Shown: one piece after another, positions 12,735 through 26,899 of the stretch
Position numbering within the stretch: position 1 is the stretch's first letter
Layout: each line of letters starts with the position of its first letter
Source: Octopus sinensis
Taxonomy: Eukaryota
NCBI RefSeq assembly: GCF_006345805.1
Contig: NC_043003.1
Coordinates: 68,448,001-68,512,000, forward strand
Direction of reading: 5' to 3'
Length of the DNA: 64,000 nt
Program-made: the position numbers and the translations under genes
Notes under the pieces: model-generated
What the model saw: the letters and a program-made list of their open reading frames with translations, nothing else
Database searches by the model: none
Told to the model about the DNA's origin: nothing

Positions 12735-14621
12735 CGGTATATAATATATATATATATACTAATGCGTATTTTCAAATTAAAATGATTTAAAAAAGAAAGT
12801 TCAGCTTTTTAATAAGTTAATAACACATCTTACCAGTAAAATATCAACGTCATCTGAAGAAAAATATTGATGTTGATGTGGCCTTTGTTATAAGTAACGT
12901 TATTAAATATGTATGTATATCTGGCGCATCTTTCTTTCTATACATCATCGTAAATTCGTGTAGGGCTGACATGATATATAGATTTTTAGTTAATTGCAAA
13001 TATATTTCCCTGTTGTATGCGTTTGATACTTCTTATCAGACGCCGTTTCCGATTAGCCTTCAACTTCATTAATCAACAAATTTTAATTATGTTCAGCGAC
13101 TACTTTCTTGAAATAGGTGCCCTCGTTTTATAAATTTTAATCACTGTCGAATTTTTTTAAACGTTCGTTTGTTTCACTTACAATATCTCAACAATTTCTT
13201 TCCAACAACATTTCTCATTAATTTTATCATGCATTTCTCTTGTTTTACAATATTTTTTAATGTTAATTAATCAACAATAATCTCAAATGTGGAGTATTTC
13301 CTTCGTAGTTTCTTTATTTATTTAATGCTGGGTTTCGATTTTCGATTTACATTACTTGTTGATGTTTTTACTTTGACTTTGCAGACTTTTCAAAGTCAAA
13401 CATATATCAAATCAGTTGCCATGTTTCTGTATTTTAAATCAATTCGCTGAGAAATCGTTTTATAATTTGGGGACATAGGCAAAAATTCCTAATCACGAAA
13501 AAGTCATCGCTAACGCCGGTTTTCTTTTGTTATGTTAAATAAATTCAGCTCAACATTTTCTTTTTCGCAATGTGTTTTCCTTTGTTTTCAGTATTTATCA
13601 AATAACGACCAATGTTTACATTTTATCCGTTTCGAAACATACGATGAATATCCCTATGACATTATAAATATATGTAACTGATAGAACGTCTGTGACTATC
13701 CATAAAATTTTGTTACTGTCTCATCTAATATACGAATGCTTTAACTATTTCTATTTGAGAACTTTATTTTGTCTTTTACTCTATGCTTACGTGTGATGGA
13801 ATATTACCACCCTTTCCATAATGATTTATAACTTGGAGTTATCATTAGAAGAGGGACCTAAGAAACCAAATTATTTAAGCGTAGTGGCATTATTTTATTA
13901 ACATTTTTTGTACTCGTAAATATGTCTAGATGGCATATGGAACGCATTTTACTACAGATTAAAGTAAGATCATTTCTATAATTGATTTCAGTCAAAGTAG
14001 AATGTCACACATGATGTTGTGAAGTTTATACATTTCTCTATGAAATGATCAATGAATGTTATTTAAACCGATGTTTTTCGTCTCTTGGCGGCTAACACCA
14101 TACATATGAGTAAAATTATGACTTATGCAACTGCAATGGGGCACACCCAATACACTTTTACAATACGTAGTGAATGTTTATCTAGAAAACACATCTGAAA
14201 CATATTTTACATTGGAATAACATAAGAATTACCTTACACAGCAATAACACAAGAACTACCTTAGACAGAAATAACACAACAGTAAAGCATTTTGTGGTGC
14301 TTCACGGCAATTCTCATACCTACTCTGCTTTAAACTGAAACATTATAAAATGATCGCGAATCAACCTTTTTATTCATGAATTTCAGCATTTGAAACAATT
14401 TTTCCCAACGTTTCTTACCAAAGTGTAAACGATATTAAGAATTGAGACATATCGATCTCAATTGTCTTTCATAATGCAAGAACTACGAGCATTTTCGGTT
14501 AAATTTCCACCGCTCTACAATAAGTATATAACAAAACCATTTATCTGTATAAATTTTACCATTGTAGAACATCATTAAAATAGCATTCCATGCCAATAAC
14601 ATTAGTAATATTGATTTAAAA

Positions 14622-15030
14622 TTTTAGCAGAATACCAGCTATTTGGTGGGGGGGATGAGTCGATTACATTGACACCAGTGTTCACCTGGTACTTATTTTA
14701 TCGATCTCGAAAGGATGAGAGGGAAAGTTGACATTAGCAGAATTTAAACTCAGAAAGAAAACACGAGGAAATGCCGCTCATCCGCATATTTATTTATTTC
14801 ATCATTGCCCACAGGGGTGGGGCTAACATAGGGTGGAAAAACAAGGACAGATAAAGGGATTAAGTCGATTACATCGACACCAGTGCGTAACTGGTACTTA
14901 ATTTATCGGCCCCGAAAGGATAAAAGGCAAAGTCGACCTCAGTTGAATTTGAACTCACAACGTAACGACAGACGAAATACGGCTACGCATTTCGCTCGGC
15001 GTGTTAACGTCTCTGCCAGTTCGTCGCCTT
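14622..15030 (-). mobile_element. SINE family B, full dimeric copy
   Basis: Reverse complement begins GGCGACGAACTGGCAGAGACGTTAACACGCCGAGCGAAATG; two monomers plus linker as at 7525. Confidence 0.85.
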
Positions 15031-16038
15031 AATAACATTGGTAATTTTGCTTGTGCAATGCTGTATGTTCAAAGAAAACCCTTTAAATACTTCCTGTATA
15101 CATTGCATATTGGTGTGGAAGTCGTTGCACATAGGTGTGGAAGCTAAACACTATGACTACACATAACTTTTATTTTTTCAGACCTAAATAGTTATCAGTT
15201 CTGTTGCTTTTTCCCCTGATAGAATTCTCGGTGAGAATATTCCATAATCATTTCTTGAGTTGATGTGTACGTGTATATTCAGTAATAAACGTATTGTCGT
15301 TATTTATCCCGGTCTCCCAATGGATGACATGGTATATTGTTTAAGCAACAACATAATATCGCAGAGGGATGTAGTAGCCCGAAAAAACTTCCGCTTGTTT
15401 ATCTCTTCTTGAATCCGCAGTAAAGTGATATATTCTGTATTTTCACATCTTGGAAGTTCAAAATTTCAATGCTGCGTTTTTTTTTCTTTTGTTATTTCTC
15501 AATAGCTATTTCATACAGATCTCTGGTTCATGGATTGCAAACCGTACTTGCGGTATGTAACGTGATATAATGGCCTCAAATCCAAGGGAAGCGACATGTT
15601 TTGCAAATATCATATTTCTGAAATTCACAGGCAATGTACCGATGCAAATCATCTCCGATATACAGGAAGTTCACGTCCAAGTCCTTGCTGTAGAATGTTT
15701 ACTCAAAACATCTTGGTCAACAGGGGGAGGTGGTCAGAAATTGGATTTATTAGTGAGTCTCCATCAACGTCCGGTGTTTCTAAAATGCTTGTATCAGTGT
15801 TGGTACTGAAAATACAGTGAGGGGTATTGCCTTGTAAAAGGAAAGCTCCAAATGTCATATTTCTTCCCTCATAGACTTATTTCATTTCGCCAAAATTGGT
15901 GGCAGAATATCGTCTGATGAAATGGAGAACTTGAGTAACAATATAAATTCACCCAATATTAGCTAGTGTGCTATGATTCGTACATCAGTATGAACTACGC
16001 TATTAAAACGCATTTATTATCTTCATAACTATACGTTC

Positions 16039-16105
<67 letters not shown>

Positions 16106-16485
16106 GTATGCATGTATATATGTGTGTGTGACAGTGTGTGTGTGTGACAGTGTGTGTGTGTGTGAGTGTGTGTGTGTCCGTATTGAAATATGATACACAA
16201 ATAGAATTGTTGCCATTTCGGTTGAAATCATTATTAAAAGATCGAAATTTATGTTGGCTGACTTTGACAAATTACATAATTGACTAAATAATTAAATATT
16301 TAATTGATTAATTAGTAGTTGAATTAATATAAATTGAAATGCAACCAGGTACGAGTGCTTCTTTTATGCTTTACTTCTAATATTAACCAAATGTTTCATA
16401 CTACAAAGCGATTCTGAAATATCAGAAACAGACTTTGTGTGAAGATCAAAATTGTATTAGTGAATGAGTAATAGTTTAAATATAA

Positions 16486-16528
<43 letters not shown>

Positions 16529-16536
16529 TATATATG

Positions 16537-16590
<54 letters not shown>

Positions 16591-17030
16591 CTATGTATGT
16601 ATGTATGCTTATATTGGTATATGTGTTTATGTGTTCATGTGTATATATATGAAAACAAATACCCGTATATTCAAACCGTTAATGAGGATGTCTATGTTAG
16701 TTTGGATGTGACACAATGGAACACGTAATGCTTTTTTGATAACAGAATATAGTCGTTCATGTATCTTCAATCCACATGATATATGACTAGCTATGAAAAT
16801 AACGCAATTTGTTTACACATGTTTATTCCTCTATGGAGATTGTACAGCCAATTTTCAGCTTTTTTGAGAAAAACAAATACATGTTATCTCCAATGAGAGT
16901 TTTGTAGCTAAGTGTTATTTATGCCGTATCCATATTAAGTTTCTCTAAATGAATTAGTTTAATTCACATAGCATTGCATACACTACGCACAGAGTGGGGG
17001 AATAAATTAGTACGTAATGCAATACAGATC

Positions 17031-17400
17031 GTGGTTGTGAGGTAAGCTGTTTATTTCCAAATCTCATGCTTCCTGGTTCAGACCCACTGCCTAGACCTTT
17101 GGGCAAGAGCAATACCTTGTGTTGGATTTGGTAGGCAGAAGCTGAAAAAAAAAACCATCGTGTATATTTATCAGTGTGTGTGTCTTGGAGGGGGTCTTTG
17201 TGTCTGTGTGTGTGCGCGTGTGTGTTGTTGTATCTGCTTCTTGTCCCCCATCAGCGCTTGCCACCGGTGTTGGTGTATTCACATACCCATAACTCAGCTG
17301 TTTCGCAAAAGAGACAGATAAAATAATTACTGGGTTTTCAAAAAACAAGTCCTGGTGTCGTCCCAGCATGGCCGTACTTCAATGAATGAAAAACCAGAAA
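17031..17400 (+). mobile_element. SINE family A, degenerate
   Basis: Head GTGAGGTAAGC..GGTTCAGACCCACTG, then GGATTTGGTAG, body and CCAGCATGGCCG tail. Confidence 0.7.
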
Positions 17401-17420
17401 CTTGAAACGTATAATAGTTC

Positions 17421-17786
17421 CTTTTCTCTTTTTTCTGGAGCACCGCCTTTAGACGAGTAAATCGACCACAGGACTTATTCTTTGTAAGCCTATTTTTTTT
17501 GTCAAACCGCTAAGTTACGGAAACGTAAACTCACCAGCAACGGTTGTCAAGCGATGTTGGGGGGACAAACACAGAGACAAACACACATATAAATATATAT
17601 ATATTATATATATATATATATACATACACATATATACGACGGGCTTCTTTTAGTTTCCGTCTACCAAATCCACTCACAAGGCTTTGGTCGGCCCAAGGCT
17701 ATAGTAGAAATTACTTGCCCAAGTTGCCACGCCGTAGGACTGAACCAGGATCCATGTGGTTGGTAAGCAAACTACTTACCAAACAC
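17421..17786 (-). mobile_element. SINE family A
   Basis: GACGGGCTTCTTT..TCCGTCTACCAAATCCACTCACAAGGCTTTGGTCGGCCC matches other copies. Confidence 0.9.
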
Positions 17787-17960
17787 ACATATTTTTTCCG
17801 AACTATTATATACACGCATAACACATACGCAGATTAATATATAGGTTATTAATGTCTCACATATATTCATTCATGATTACAGTACGTATAAGAGTGCTAT
17901 ATTCAAAGTAGTAATCATTAACAACAATAAGATGTAAGATATTAATTGAAAATTATCATA

Positions 17961-17972
17961 AAGAAGCCAGTC

Positions 17973-18011
<39 letters not shown>

Positions 18012-18210
18012 TGTGTGTGTTTGTCCCTCTAGCATTGCTTGACAACCGATGCTGGTGTGTTTATGTCCCTGTTACTTAGCGGTACGGCAAAAGAAACCGA
18101 TAGGATAAGTACTGGGCTTACAAAAGAATAAGTCCCGGGGTCGAGTTGCTCGATTAAAGGCGGTGCTCCAGCATGGCCGCAGTCAAATGACTGAAACAAG
18201 TAAAAGAGAG
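17961..18210 (+). mobile_element. SINE family A, 3' half
   Basis: Internal (TA)n, body and tail GGCGGTGCTCCAGCATGGCCGCAGTCAAATGACTGAAAC. Confidence 0.9.
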
Positions 18211-18318
18211 CGTATATATTTGGTAGCTCTTAATAGTTCACTGTATTTTATTAAAATGAGAAATAATATAAATAAATCATATTTTATCCTGACTAATATT
18301 CAAATGAAAATACAAATA

Positions 18319-18462
18319 TTGGTTTCAAATTCTGGCACTGGGCCTGCAATTTCGAGACATGGAGTAATTCGATTACACCGACCCCGAACCGATAACAGCC
18401 AAATTCGGCTACGGCTAAGCATTTTGTCCGGTGCTGCAGCGATTCAGCCATCTTGTCGCCTT
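18319..18462 (-). mobile_element. SINE family B, internally deleted
   Basis: Head (GCTAAGCATTTTGTCCGG on +) and tail (TTCTGGCAC..GATTACACCGACCCC on +) are joined directly. Confidence 0.55.
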
Positions 18463-18558
18463 AATGGAAATATTAATACTAAACAGTTAAAAAGATACTT
18501 CCCAGGCTGCTAAGGAACCTAACGACTAAAAATATGGAATTATAGTAAATAAGTCGTC

Positions 18559-18914
18559 GTGGTACTCCGTCGGTTACGACGACGAGGGTGCCAGTTGATC
18601 GATCAACTGAACAGCCTGCTTCTGAAACTAACGCGCAAGTGGCTGAACACTCCACTGACACGTGTAACCTTAACGTAGTTCTCGGGAAGTTCCAGCGTGA
18701 AACAGTGTGCGACAAAGCTGCCCCTTTAAAATACAAGAAGAAAAAGTTGTGGTGAAAGAATACAGCAGGGTTTGCCACCACCCCAGTGCCGGATCCTCGT
18801 GGAGAAGCAGGTGTTTTCGCTCAATAAACACTCAAAATGCCCGGTCTGAGAATCGAGACCGCGATCCTACGGCCGCGAGTCCGGTGCGCTAAACACTGGG
18901 CTACTGCGCCTCCA
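18559..18914 (-). mobile_element. SINE family C
   Basis: tRNA-like head (GGAGGCGCAGTAGCCCAGTG..TCTCGATTCTC) and a body collinear with 46210-46592. Confidence 0.9.
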
Positions 18915-19397
18915 CTAGTAAATAAGTATTACGATAATAATAATATGTATAGTAAAGACTCCAAGGCTGCATTCTTTTAAGCACAATCTAAATAAATCAC
19001 AAGCGTTTGTATTTGAACTGCATCTGATAATGGAAAGAACTATAATAAATTTCCACATCCATATCAATATAAAACCAAATGCTAATTTAGTTTCTAAATT
19101 TGATGCTACAGTGTTATATTCTACTAAAACGTCTTCTATACTGATACTATTAAGTGAATCAGTGCGGTGTACGTAAGACTTTGAATTGCGCTAATAATTC
19201 TTTTATCTACAATAAATAATTACTAAGACACACATAGAAAACTAGGAAAACAAGATTCTTTAAAACACATATTCCTCAGGTTTTCTTTGATGCATTCATG
19301 AAAACCTTTCCTATCGGGCATAAAATCAACGACACCTATAAACATATACATATGGTGAAGGTCTCTTTCTTGAGAAGGCATAAAACAGCTCATAATA

Positions 19398-19597
19398 CTG
19401 GTTTTGGCACGAGGACAGAAATTTCGGGGAAGAGGTAAGTCGATTACAAGTTCTCCGGGACTCAAATTGTACGTATTTACTGATCTGGAGTGGATGAAAT
19501 GTAAAAATCGACATCAGCCGAATTTGAGCATAAAGACGCAAGATATGCCGTTAAGCATTTTGCCCGGCATGCTAACGATTCTGCTAGCTCGCCGCTT
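19398..19597 (-). mobile_element. SINE family B, monomer
   Basis: Reverse complement GGCGAGCTAGCAGAATCGTTAGCATGCCGGGCAAAATGCTTAACGG head. Confidence 0.8.
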
Positions 19598-19993
19598 TAA
19601 ACTAGCTAGCAGATAATATTAATGTAAATACACACACACACACACACGAACGCACGCACGCGAGCACACACCTACACATTCATATTGTCAGGAGTATCCG
19701 TGAGGACAATTAGCAATCATGAGCTTAATGTAAAATATAAGAAATAAAGATACTGAATTTGAAGGTTTGAAATCGGTTTCGTTGCGTATTCTCAACTCGT
19801 TCATCCATACAGAAAATGAATTTCAAGGAATATGTATGTCTATTATGCAATCTCTGAATATTTCATAAAGAAATGGGATTTTTTGTTGTATACGGGATAA
19901 AAATGTTATTGAAATATGTGTAAAATGTTGTAATTAAACAAGTTATAAACCGATTCTTCAGTCTACCATCACACTCATACACACACACACAGA

Positions 19994-19995
19994 TG

Positions 19996-20066
<71 letters not shown>

Positions 20067-20067
20067 G

Positions 20068-20118
<51 letters not shown>

Positions 20119-20145
20119 GTCTATCTATCTGTCTATCTATCAATC

Positions 20146-20176
<31 letters not shown>

Positions 20177-20185
20177 CTGTCTCTA

Positions 20186-20258
<73 letters not shown>
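19994..20258. repeat. (ATCT)n-(CT)n-(TA)n compound microsatellite
   Basis: Direct reading. Confidence 0.95.
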
Positions 20259-20260
<2 letters not shown>

Positions 20261-22395
20261 CAATACAAAATGGGACAAGAACGCAGAACATTCAAATAGA
20301 CGATACAAAAAACACGGACGGGTCATTCAAAGCCTCTAATCTTCAGTCAAGAACCGGATCATCCACGCAATTACGGCTGATTAATCTTTAGATTGCTCCA
20401 ATATGGCCAGCCCCAAGGAAAAACTAAGCTACGAGCATTAGATTTCCTAGGAAAAGGATCGAATATATACGAAACAAGGACAGAAAAACGGACGATGTTA
20501 CACGAATATAAATACAAAAAAAATTATAATAATAATAACAGGACCTAACAACAAGCGTCTTTAGACCAGAGACGAATTGAATTCAGCTAGCGTATTTGAA
20601 AAATAAGGTCTTACGGCAGACGAAGAAAGCGGTGTTATCGTGACGGTGATCCGAAGCGAAAGGGCTATAGTTGGCCAGCGTTCACGTGAGAAGAGAAGAG
20701 AGAGAAAAAGTGGGGCAACGTTATTTGTTGTATGTATAACAAACGATACAAGAAAAACCTATTATTACTTTATTTTTTACAAATATGCTTTTCACATAAG
20801 GAAAAGCTATTGAAATGTGATGTAGTAAGTTAAGAAAAGGCAGGTGCGAAATTCAAACTTGAAACAACTGTAATTAATATTTTAAATAAATGTTAACATT
20901 GGACAACATTCTCTTCGTATTTTTGATATTTTACATATCTTCATTTCTGAGTAAGCAATGACACTACACTCATTTAACTTGAGTGTATGAAAATGGATGA
21001 TTTTCGATGGTTAATTATTTTAAAATGTTTTAATACCTTTGTAAATGTATTTGTAAGTAGATTGTCTTCAAATATACATCTTGTGAACAGATGTTTTAAT
21101 AACGACATGAAAGATTCATGTATATACATGACCTCAGAAAAAATATAGCATTTCCTGAAATTGTTCTAAGGTTTTATTCTTTAAAAAATCTTTGAAATAC
21201 CAAAGACATTATGTTTGGAATTTCTACTAACTTTGACATTTTCTTCAGTAGTCAGCCTTGCGTCTGTATTGCAAGGGCAAATGGCTTATGACATTTATCG
21301 TTTCTCTGAATGGATAGTGATATAACTGAAGGGATGTACCTCTAAACGGCCAATCCAGACGTATCAATGGCAAACATACTATACTCTAAAATAATCATTC
21401 ACTCAAAAAACGTCATCCTCTGGTAGACCATTCAGATAATACATACGTGTAATTAATTTAGATTTCATGGTGTCCACATGACCAATAGAAAAACCATTTT
21501 AATTTCTACCAATACCTGTCCCCATAATAATTGTAATTATCTTGTTTCAAAGTAAAGTATAGCTACTCGAATGAATATTCATAAAAATAATACAGAACAT
21601 ATACGTTGTTGTAATTGTTGCACATTAATCATTTGAAAGGGAAATTCTTATAATTAATACAAAATTCAATAAAACTGATCAACAAAACAGTTAATGGTTT
21701 TCTTTATAATTGGAAACTATTCTTACGATTCTTTTCTCTGGTGATATTGTTTTTTCCTTTTAATTCTTCCAACTTTTTTCACATCAGATTCCATCAAGAT
21801 TTCATTTTCTGTGAGATGCTTAATTATTTTTAAAATGATGTATGTGAATCTGCTCAGTCACATCTAATTCACGCATTTTATTTTCCGCTGTTCGTAGGAG
21901 GTTACATTTTTGTTGTCACATCTACTACACTTGTGTTGTTTTAGTAGAAATGTTTCTTAAACATACAAACGTTGCCTATTAACCAAAATATCTGACGGCT
22001 CATCCGAATTGATTTTTAAAAAAACAACCTAAATCGGTTATTTCAAATCGAATCCGTATGGCTTGGCATTTAAATATCATTTTTATCCAAACCATTTGAG
22101 AATTCAAAGGAAAGTGGTTAGAGTTACGGTAACATTTCAGACGTAATGACTCATAAATTCTACTCTATACTCCTCTTTATGTAGACCATAAATGATGGTT
22201 TAATATACAGTTGTTATGTAAACGTTAGATCCTCTCCTCAACAACATGCCGCACATAAAAAAGCATTATTGTTTTCTTAACAGTTTTCTGTTTTCGTTCA
22301 ACATTCCTTTCTCCGTACACACACATATATAAATACACAAACACACATATACACTCTAACAAACCCACACATACACTCCTATATATAGGTGCGTG

Positions 22396-22444
<49 letters not shown>

Positions 22445-22449
<5 letters not shown>

Positions 22450-22650
22450 GTTAATCCAAACATGAAAACACAAAGAGAAAACAAAACAACGCGAGGAGAT
22501 GGAACAAGTATAGTGTTAGTGTACGCTCAGGAAAGGAAAAAAAGAAGGAAGATTTAACGTTTCGGTCGGAGCTCTTCGTCAGAAACATAGGGAAAGGAAA
22601 GATCCAAGACGGAGGTAAGAAAATCGCCAACGATACACGCGCGGTCACAT
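22445..22650 (-). mobile_element. Interspersed repeat carrying a minimal hammerhead motif (PLE-terminus-like)
   Basis: Homologous to 44045-44215. Minus strand 22553-22587 reads TGTTT-CTGACGA-A-GAGC-TCC-GACC-GAAA-CGTT-AAA. Flanked by (TATG)n on both sides. Confidence 0.65.
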
Positions 22651-22710
22651 ATGTATGTATGTAGTATGTATATATGTATATGCATGTATGTATGTATGTA
22701 TGTATGTATG

Positions 22711-22741
<31 letters not shown>

Positions 22742-23384
22742 GTATGTATGTATGTATGTAGGTATGCATGTCTGTATGTATAGTGAGATTTTCCGACTGG
22801 AATTGAAATTTATCTTTCTATTTGATTTTGCCATCAAATATACTGACCGATGAGAAAGATCAAAAACAGCCGATATCATTTCATAGCAGCTCTAACTGTG
22901 AAATCAATTAGTAATTAAGATGAGAGCGACATCTCGAGAAATTGGATATTGTCTACCGCATTTGTGGTAAAATATTTACTGTCACTGTGCTTTCGTTGGT
23001 TTTCTTTGACACTTGGCCTAGCCTACAGCAATTTCATATTTCAACATAAATCTTTGTGCACGTTAGTACGTTAGTACACAATGAACATATGTGCGTGTTT
23101 AGATGGACCTAGACACGTATATATATATACACAGACAGTCATTAAGCTGTGTATGTATATAGATGGGGTGAGAACGAAATTGAAAGATTGCGTGGATGTT
23201 TCGGTGAAGAAGGCAATAGATTAATACAAGGATGCCTGGAGGAGATCGATAGGAAAGACGCAAGTGTATATGTGGACAATTTAGCCGCTTTAATTAACGC
23301 AACACCCACGCACTCCCACATACACACACATTAGTGTCATAGAGACAGATGGGTGGATAAATGGGAAGACTGACGTATGGGTAA

Positions 23385-23572
23385 ATAAACAGATAGACAG
23401 ATAGACAGGTAGGCAGACAGACAGACAGACAAACGGATGGACAGACGGACAGACAGACAGGCAGGCAGGTAGGCAGGTAGGTAGGTAGGTAGGTAGGTAG
23501 GTAGGTAGGTAGGTAGGTAGGTAGGTAGGTAGGTGGTTGGTTGGTAGGTAGGTAGGTTGGTAGGTAGGTAGA
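23385..23572. repeat. (AGAC)n to (AGGT)n tetranucleotide array
   Basis: Direct reading. Confidence 0.9.
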
Positions 23573-23679
23573 TGTTTATTGGCCACACAAGGCTGAAAAA
23601 AGTAGGGACAGATATAAATGTAGAGCATTTCTTTTCGAAAATGAAGAAAGGAGAAAATAAGAAAAAAGAAAGTAAAATT

Positions 23680-23844
23680 CCGATCAAAATGGATCGGGGG
23701 AAAAAAGATTAAAAGGGATCGTGTATCACAGAAGAACTTTTAAGATGTAAAACGTAAGATTAGATTCATCCGGGGAAAGAAAATCCTACGGAAAAGACCA
23801 CGGTAACCTCGGGCAGGAAAAGAATAAACACATGAGAGTAAAGT

Positions 23845-23890
<46 letters not shown>

Positions 23891-25070
23891 TCTCTCTCTT
23901 TACGATATAAAGGATAATGCTCACAGTGGTTTCGTCACTCGCACACACTCTCGTTGCTAAATTCACCCACCTTTTTTCGAAATTTTCTCGAATCAAAACC
24001 TGTCTCTCCATTCTCACATTCCTTTTCAAGCGGTACTTGAAAAGATTGACCAGCGAATGAAGTCGCACGAGTTTGGTTCCGGACGGCAGAGTTGCTTGAG
24101 AGCAATGCGACACTCTTGGTGCCATTCGCCTAGTCTGGCTCTCTGTTAGATCCACGACTGCAGTTCGGCCAAGGGGACGAGCTGCTGGAAACTGCGCCTC
24201 ACAAACGGTGACCAAACCTGTCCACCGTCGTCTATGAAGAGCCGGAGATGTCGCAGTCTCAGCGCATGTTTGCGCATCATCAACCACGGCATGCCTAGCC
24301 CTCCATTTAGCGGGTGTTGACAGCAAACGGACCGCCTAAACCATCGGAACGCTTCTCTTCCTCAGGAAGCGGAAGAATATGCGTTCCAGTTTGGCGATAG
24401 TAGAATCAGGACAAGGCACGACAGTCAGACGATACTCGATGACGGATGTGATGTACGCGTTCGCCACCTCCGCCCAAATTTTTAGGGATAGCTTCCTCTC
24501 GGCCCATTGCTGCGTGAGAGTGGCCACCCTAGTCATTATTTCACCCCAGTTCTTCTCCATTTGGAGGTCTGGACCGAACCAGACTCCGAGCAATTTAACC
24601 GGTCAGTCGGTCCAGCGTCTCATAATGGAGACGCTGTTGGACGGCATGGCCTTGCTTCTCCAGGTGTCGAGACGCAAGTCCACTGACTTTTCCCGGTTAA
24701 TTTTTGCTCCCGTTACTGCTTCGTGTTCTTTTAGTGTCTCGCCGTATGTGCTTGTGACTCGACACTATGACAGTGACGTCGTCCGTATATGCAGACACGC
24801 TCCTCACGCATCCCAGCTCTTGTGGGATGCCCATCAGCGTCGCCAGCTTCCGCAGTAGTGACTCAAGAGTCAACACATACGACGAGAGGGGTCATCTTGA
24901 CGAACCGAACGCATGATGTTAAATAATCTGGTTAAAGGGCCATTTACGCAAACCAACGTGCGGATGCCATTGTGTAAGATAAGACCGAAACCAGACGCTC
25001 TAAGGACACCTAAGTAGTGATGGTCTACCCTATCGAAAGCTTTTGATTGATCCAAATTGATCAGCGCCTC
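23680..25070 (-). mobile_element. Decayed Tx1/L1-clade LINE (RT and C-terminal part, 5'-truncated)
   Basis: Broken frames give LINLDQSKAFDRVDHHYL..VNG..RSVRQ, LGVWFGPDLQMEKNW..W..RKLSL, CCQHPLNGGLGMP and FKYRLKRNVRMERQVL..FEKRW, typical of Tx1 ORF2. Confidence 0.85.
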
Positions 25071-25410
<340 letters not shown>

Positions 25411-25788
25411 ATAAGTAGATGGTTAACATCTAGATAGATAAGGCATTATATTTATACTTCTTATTTCCTTGATTTATTCATTTCTCATTCCAAATTTGTT
25501 AATGAGCAGATAGACATCTGCAATGCCAAGATTTATAAGATTTATGAAGACAGTATGAAAATTAATCGAAAACAGAAGTTTCTATTCGTTCTGCCCATAA
25601 ATTATGGTCTGTTTTTGATGTGGCTAGTGTGTATTGCAGTGAGGGAGAACAGCTGGATATATTCAAGCATGAATAACAATTTGGAAGAGTTAGAACAGGA
25701 ATTTAACCTTATAAATTCATTCAAAAACGGATAAGTACGTCACCATACAATTTCAGAGGGAAAGCCTAGCTTTTTCATAATGCCTCAA

Positions 25789-26290
25789 CAGATCTCTAAG
25801 ATTGTCAAGCGAGCTGTGGGTATCTTAGCATCACTCAATAAGACCTTTGTCAACCGCTCTCCAGTTATCTGTTTAAAGTTGTATATATCTATGATACGTT
25901 CACGCGTAAAGTTTGCATCAGGAATCTGGTAACCCTATCGGTTGAGAAACGTTGAGAAACATGCAAATAAAAGAATACCCGCCGTCAGGTATCCTACTCT
26001 GAACATTTTGCTTCACTGGACATGGACATATTAAAGCTCCGACCCCTGGCAAATGACTTAGCAGGCATTCACATGATAATCTGCCATCTTTCCAGCTACA
26101 AACATAGGCACCTTTTTGAATTCCATATGACAAACTCTCGTGGACGATCATACAGAATCAAAAAGCAACACAACACCCATGTCTTTAGGAGACTTTTTTG
26201 TTTTTGTCTTTTCAAGCTCAGAATTGCAGTCATGAAATAAACTGCCAGCATCAGTTATGAGCTGTCGAGACATTACGTGCTTCAAAACTG
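25789..26290 (+). mobile_element. Decayed CR1-like LINE, post-RT C-terminal fragment
   Basis: QISKIVKRAVGILASLNKTFVNRSPVICLKLYISMIRSRVKFASGIW*PY, then NSRGRSYRIKK; resembles the CR1/L2 ORF2 C-terminus, with stops and frameshifts. Confidence 0.7.
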
Positions 26291-26387
26291 CCATGCTTCC
26301 TGTAATTCACCAGCAGTACACCTAATACCGTAGTTCTGTTTTTCTTTTGTACTGCACCTCAGCAATTTATACAACAATTTCATAACG

Positions 26388-26538
26388 TTATTTACATTTG
26401 ACGGATATTTGTCCTCATCATGTTTGTTGCTAACACAATATTTCGGCTGATATACGCTCCAGCCTTCATCAGGTGTCTTGGGGAAATTTCGAACCTGGGT
26501 TCTCATTCCTAAGGTATTTTTCGATGTTATTATCATCA

Positions 26539-26620
<82 letters not shown>

Positions 26621-26625
26621 CATCA

Positions 26626-26677
<52 letters not shown>

Positions 26678-26679
26678 CA

Positions 26680-26711
<32 letters not shown>

Positions 26712-26899
26712 TTATTATTATTATTATTATTATTATTGTTGTAGTTATTATTATTATTATTATTTTTATTGTTAATATTATTATTATTAATATTATTATT
26801 ATTATTATCATTATTATTCAGTTACAGCCTGGAATTGAATTCAGGATTTTGGGGTTAGTAGCCCGCGCTCTTAACCACTACTCCATATGCCCGTGGGCA
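26388..26899 (-). mobile_element. SINE-like arm: tRNA-like head, (AAT)n, hammerhead-containing tail
   Basis: Minus strand: GGGCATA-TGGAGTAGTGG (A-box-like)-TTAAGAGC-GCGGG-CTACTAA-CCCCA..CCTGA-ATTCAATTCC-AGG (B-box-like), ~290 bp of (AAT)n, then a tail shared with 48456-48590. Confidence 0.75.
26432..26477 (-). ncRNA. Minimal type I hammerhead ribozyme motif
   Basis: GACAC-CTGATGA-A-GGCTG-GAGCGTATAT-CAGCC-GAAA-TAT-T/GTGTT: stems I and II pair, core intact, stem III is the palindrome ATAT. Confidence 0.65.

Noticed and set aside
15570-15830. Overlapping ORFs and a possible minus-strand exon
   Set aside because: Peptides are unrecognised and no partner exons were found.
20259-20745. Repeat-like block with CTGAAGA on the minus strand
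   Set aside because: No paired stem II or GAAA in the right order; not callable as a hammerhead.
23149-23334. Purine-rich ORF (WGENEIERLRGCFGEEG..)
   Set aside because: Short, bounded by microsatellites, no recognised homology.
26817-26892. Functional tRNA gene
   Set aside because: No proper acceptor stem, mutated A and B boxes, and fused to a repeat; treated as a SINE-like head.
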